NCBI GenBank assembly: GCA_013265495.1
Contig: MU061578.1
Span: 4,227,308 to 4,291,307, forward strand
Source: Vicugna vicugna
Lineage: Eukaryota
Reading direction: 5' to 3'
Length of the DNA: 64,000 nucleotides
The position numbers were made by a program, and so were the translations under genes. Below the pieces are notes generated by a model, which worked only from the letters and a program-made list of their open reading frames with translations, ran no database searches and was not told the origin of the DNA. Below, one piece after another: positions 60,001 through 64,000 of this stretch (its first letter is position 1; the number at the start of each line of letters is the position of its first letter).

Positions 60001-60200
60001 GCTGACTCTGTCCCACAGCTGCAGCCAGCGCCTCGCCCAGACAGGAGCCAGGGGAGAGAGGCGGCCCGAGAGAAGCGGACGGCGCCCAGGGGCCCACGCC
60101 CACGGTCGACAGCCATGAGCCCAGGTTGGGCCCTCGGCCTCGCTCGCACAACAAAGTCCTGAACCCACCCGGAGGCAAATCCAGCATCTCCTTCTACTAA
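47538..60200 (+). CDS. JPT2: JPT2 / HN1L (Jupiter microtubule associated homolog 2), complete spliced CDS, 188 aa: join(47538-47581,52465-52613,55980-56122,59169-59217,60019-60200)
   Basis: 567 nt in frame: [29 protein letters not shown]...RMASNIFG...[15 protein letters not shown]...[16 protein letters not shown]. Matches recalled mammalian JPT2, and the CRAMP1-JPT2 gene order matches known synteny. Confidence 0.96.
51530..51815. mobile_element. MER33-like DNA transposon remnant
   Basis: gagccacataaggaattttaaattttctagtagcc.cattttaaaaagtaaaaaga...tcaacatgcaatcaat...acacttatagcacatc. Confidence 0.7.
52465..52613 (+). CDS. JPT2: JPT2 coding exon 2
   Basis: tccttgcag|GGCTATG...CCAG|gtatgg; [49 protein letters not shown]. 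Confidence 0.96.
53135..53252. mobile_element. MIR fragment
   Basis: tttacagaggaggaagccgaggcttag...ctgactccagagcccatgct resembles the MIR core. Confidence 0.55.
53409..53529 (-). mobile_element. tRNA-derived SINE (camelid vic-1-like)
   Basis: poly(T), then tggaggtactggggattgaacgcaggacctcatgcatg...ctctaccactgagctataccctcccc. Confidence 0.85.
55980..56122 (+). CDS. JPT2: JPT2 coding exon 3
   Basis: tttctgcag|GAGGG...CCCAAG|gtatgg; [48 protein letters not shown]. Confidence 0.96.
56205..56354 (+). mobile_element. tRNA-derived SINE (camelid vic-1-like) with 11-bp TSD
   Basis: ggagggtatagctcagtggtagagtg...gggttcaatctccagta plus A-rich tail; TSD aggctctgagg at 56194-56204 and 56355-56365. Confidence 0.88.
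56600..57120 (+). mobile_element. Ancient L1ME-like 3' UTR fragment
   Basis: ctttggagaatgccag...aactgtacctcag...agggaaagcttcc.tttataaaag...tggctgctaacatcacaaaa. Confidence 0.5.
57160..58745 (+). mobile_element. Old L1M (ORF2 3' end and 3' UTR) interrupted by a younger L1
   Basis: Decayed ORF2 C-terminal peptide [13 protein letters not shown]...CSTSL.NREMQIK (57910-58128); aatggatcaaagacctaa; aacaacccaagtgtccatcagcagatgaatagataaa. Confidence 0.82.
58075..58360 (+). mobile_element. Younger L1 3'-end fragment nested in L1M
   Basis: atggttaccag.gggga...atataaaatagataaacaacag...ctgtatagcacaggg...tgtacaccagaaactgacacaacattgtaaactgactata plus A tail; same family as 12589-13115. Confidence 0.8.
59169..59217 (+). 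CDS. JPT2: JPT2 coding exon 4
   Basis: ttgttgcag|GACCAC...AAAG|gtaagc; [16 protein letters not shown]. Confidence 0.92.
60019..60200 (+). CDS. JPT2: JPT2 coding exon 5 (terminal)
   Basis: gtcccacag|CTGCAGCC...TACTAA; (A)[11 protein letters not shown]...[32 protein letters not shown]. Confidence 0.95.
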
Positions 60201-63200
60201 GAGACACGGCTGCTTCCCCCATAGCCAGACAAGAAACTCGAGTGATAGGATTTCAAATTTTACAGTTTTTCTTAGCCCAAAGGAACGGGGTGGGTGAGGG
60301 TCAGTTGGATGGTGCCTGAGGCTGCTGCTCTGGCTCCACGCCGCCACAAGAACCACAGAGGACCTGGCCTTCTGGCGCCAAGGGAGGAAACGTAACCCCT
60401 GGTGTGAGGGCCTTTCTGGTGGGTGGGTGGGAAGATGGAGCTCGACCAGGTGAGCCTGGGGACTGGGGTCTTCATGTCCTTGTTGTGTTAGCTAATTGGG
60501 TATCTAGGAATCACTAACACAGTAGCAGAGTTTAAAGCCTTTGAGAAAAAACCAAAAACCATTTGCCCGTTGCTGTGGGATGATGAGCACGACACACGGA
60601 AATACTAGGTGGGGTGGGTGCTCTGGAGAGCCCTCAGACCCCAGCGCCCGTCCCCTGTTGTGGACATGGTCTCTGTTCCTGGGGTTTCAGCCCTTGTGTG
60701 TTTCACTTCAGTTCTACAGATTTCCTTGAAACACCTTGATTACTTTTGCCTCCGCAGCTGTCAACAAAAACCAAAAAGCTGTTCTCAGTCTTATGCTTTA
60801 TGGGAAGATCTTATGCTCTGATCTTCTGAGGTGCCCCATTTCTGCCATCTCAGACCTTAGCCGGATCTGACATAGGAATCTCTGCCTTTCATCTGCCAGG
60901 GACTGGCTTTGGACTCTTCACAGGCAGTTTTGCTTATGAATTGTTCCTTTTTTTCTCGTCAGCCTTAAGTCTGGGCCTTTGCTCCTCACCAGTGATGTGA
61001 ACAGATCCCTTCACGAGCCACACTTCTCCCTGTCTGCAAGGCTGAGAACATCTGCAGGACTTTAAAACTGCCCAGATATATCAAAGTAATGGGGTCATTT
61101 AAACCCTTCATATGTCTTCCTTTCTATTCCTGTTGGTGGTAGGAAGAAGAGATGCTTGAGAACCTTGGGTTCTTAGATTTTAATTCTTTAATATTATCTA
61201 AAAGGCTGTTCTAAAAAACCAGTCACATAGATGACTGTTGACTTGTCTGTTTCTACACCTTTTTAGAAAAAAAGTCCATTGCTCAGGTACACCAAAGAGG
61301 AAGAAGTTTTCTTAAGCCTCTCTTTATAAAGGTTTGCAGAACCTCTGGACCATCTTCACAGTTTCCAGATAAGACTTATTTTAGAGACCTTAGGTCAGGA
61401 GATGAAGTAGTTTGGCCACAAAGTCTCAAGTGGCCCATCCCATGATACTTGCTAGCAAAGATGGTGGGCTGGCAAGAGTCATGTTGCTTTGATCTGTCAG
61501 GCAAAAGTTACTCCCACTGAGCTTCTAAAGGGCTACAGTGTCAACTCCTCTGTTGCACTCATGTGGGACCAACGGTTAACAGGGAGGATTTGGGTGGTGG
61601 AGCTGTTGCCTACAAAGCTAACACAGGTGCTAGAAATGTCTTCAGCATTATTAAGATGTAGCCACACCCCAAGTGGCCTGGACACTCAAGTGCCTGCAGG
61701 AGCTGCCAGCCAAGCTCCGCCTCTGCCACTGGCACACAGCAGGGATCTGCACAGCGCTTTACCAGCCAAAGACACTGTCCCTTTCAGTCACTACTGACTT
61801 TGGAGCTGAGAAACCCTCGTTCCATGTGACTCTCAAGTATTTCCTATCTCCATCATTCAAATGGTTGTTTGTGAGAAAGTTGTTTGGAACTCACAGCATT
61901 TTTTTCCCCATTAAAAAGTGTCACAAATGGTTGTTAGCTTTTAAGCTCAAACACTAATTTGTTTAACTTACCATGAGCTGTTCCAACAGTAGAAATGAAC
62001 TACGGTTTATGTTCTGGTTTGCTTTTAATACACAAGAAAATGATTCGTGAATTTCAAATTGGATCACCCTGAAGACCCTGACAGTGCTGGCCCTAGGGCT
62101 CCACCCTCAGCCAAATGAGGGATAAGCTCTCTGTTCTGTCTACTGGCAGGGACTTCTGGGGCAGAGGTGGGGATAGAGGCCTGGGGGAAGGAAGAAGACA
62201 CATGCAGGCAGAGCCTCTGGGCAGCAGTGACCAAGTTGCCTTACTTTTGTCCCCATCTTCCTTCCTTTCCTTCCGTGAAGCCATGGGCATGACTGAGAGA
62301 GCCTGGGTAGTCTGGCTGCTGGCAGGAGCAGAGGACACATGTTTTTGCTCCTTTGAACCTGATGGAGGAGGCTGTTTGTATTTGAAAGATTAACTCTTAG
62401 CATCCTGTTCTCAACGTCCACACTGCATTGAGAAATGACTAGTCTGTATTTTTATTAAGCCTTAAAACTTTTTTTATGTGCATTTGGTGCCAATTTTTTG
62501 TAGAGCTGTATCAGAAACACCAAACCTGTGCTCACATCACAGTGTAACTGAGAGAAGCATTCTGTTATTTTTACAAGGCAGGAGTGGGTGTAGCCATTGA
62601 ATTAAATTTAGCAGTCACGTACTCAGAGTCTATGCCTGTTGATTGCATGCGCCTAGTATGCACCAGTGTGTGGATGAGCATGTACATGGGGGCAGACGTG
62701 TGCACGTCCTTCCCTCCACATTCATTCTCCAGAGCACCTGAACTCTGCTCCTTCCCTTACAGCTTTTCATGGGTTGAAGGAGTTTGTCCTTTTTTAATTT
62801 TTTCATTTAGCCAGATGCCCAAATTAATCTCAAAAGATTATAGACTTAAGGGTTTTTCATTTGAAAATCAGACTTAGCTTTCAATAGAATGAACCGGAAT
62901 GTGGCAGCGTTCTTTTTGGTTTCTGTAAGTTGAAGGTAATGAATGATTCTTCTTTCTCAACACAACTTGTTTTCCTTAACAACTTGTCTCTGAATTGGCT
63001 TTGAAACTGCCGTGACAAACTGCATTGAGTAGATGAGGTGCTGAGCTATTAGAATTTGCTTGTAGATTCAGGTCCTGTAGAGAAAGCATAGATTGTTTTT
63101 CCTTCTTATTTGCCTGCCTGAAGAGTCCCCCAGAGGAGGCGTCCTCCATTCTGCCTTCTGCCTCAGGGCCAACTATCAGGTTAGCACTTCTGAAAGTAAC

Positions 63201-63981
63201 CCGATGTGGGTGACCTGACACTATCTTCACTTGTCCATCTGAAAACACCTTGTGGAGTGCAGAGCATGTTCCAAGAGCTAGGCAAGCCACTGGCACCATT
63301 ACATCACCTATTTGTAGCAGATGCTCCAGCCACAGCACTGAGCCTCAGAGTGTCACAGCCTTTTTGTCTCCAGAGGCCAGGCAGTGGCTGAGTCTGAATG
63401 GACCAAGGTGGCTCCCCTATATTATGGTGAGGAAGTGAAAAATATCTCAAGGGTCCCTCTTCAGGTCCTGTGCCTTGTCCAGAAACACACTGGCTCTTTT
63501 GACAGACCGTAACTTGTTCTATTATTTTTGTGATTTGAACCCTGCAAAGATGCATGTATCTCCTGTGTTATCCAGTTCATTTGTTCTGAATTTGTATTCT
63601 TAATCCTTAGTATTCTTGGAGCTCATGAATTAAATAGTTCTGTTTTATGTGCGATACAAAGTGATATCTAAGATTCAATTTAGAAAGAAATGAGAGGGAC
63701 AGTATGGGGACTTACATGACTTTTTTGCAGGCATTAGGAACTTTTGAAACCTGTGTGCCCATTTTACATTTTAGGGTAACGAGAAAGAGAAAAAGTTGAA
63801 TCCCAAATGATTCTTACAAATCTGAAAGGAAGCTGATTATGTACTCTCTCAAGAGTACTAGTTGTAGTCTTCAGTAAGCATCAAGAATTATCCAGCATAT
63901 CATCTTGTTAAAACTTTATTTTCTTTAACCAATTTCAAGTAATAAATCTGCCCAAACATGTTAGTAATAAAAACTAATAAA
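60201..63981 (+). other. JPT2: JPT2 3' UTR / downstream region (end uncertain)
   Basis: Follows the TAA; candidate signals ATTAAA at 61910 and 62601, AATAAA at 63941, 63966 and 63976. The used site cannot be determined from sequence alone. Confidence 0.45.
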
Positions 63982-64000
63982 GTTGATGCCACGTCAGTTG

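Noticed and set aside
62972..62980. Second perfect TTCCTTAAC (U12 branch consensus) downstream of the JPT2 stop
   Set aside because: No suitably spaced AG/AC acceptor and no matching RTATCCTT donor seen upstream; probably chance.

Overview
Mammalian genomic DNA, most likely a camelid (inferred from tRNA-derived SINEs of the vic-1 type and young L1 3' ends). It holds two tandem + strand genes: CRAMP1 (cramped chromatin regulator homolog 1; 19 coding exons from 5528 to the TGA at 43016, with the N-terminal coding exon(s) upstream of the window) and the complete JPT2/HN1L (5 coding exons, 47538-60200, 188 aa), whose CpG-island promoter starts a few hundred bases after the CRAMP1 poly(A) signals. 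All exon boundaries were placed by hand, and splice phases are consistent throughout. Introns contain old L1M, MER (hAT) and MIR fragments plus younger SINE and L1 insertions with target-site duplications. I see no novel multi-gene system. The most notable sequence-level signals are a U12-type (minor spliceosome) GT-AG intron in CRAMP1 (27763-28211) with a competing in-frame U2-type donor, a candidate poison exon (10289-10413), the tight CRAMP1-JPT2 junction, and inverted SINEs flanking JPT2 exon 3. Gene and repeat-family names come from recalled sequences, not from database searches.
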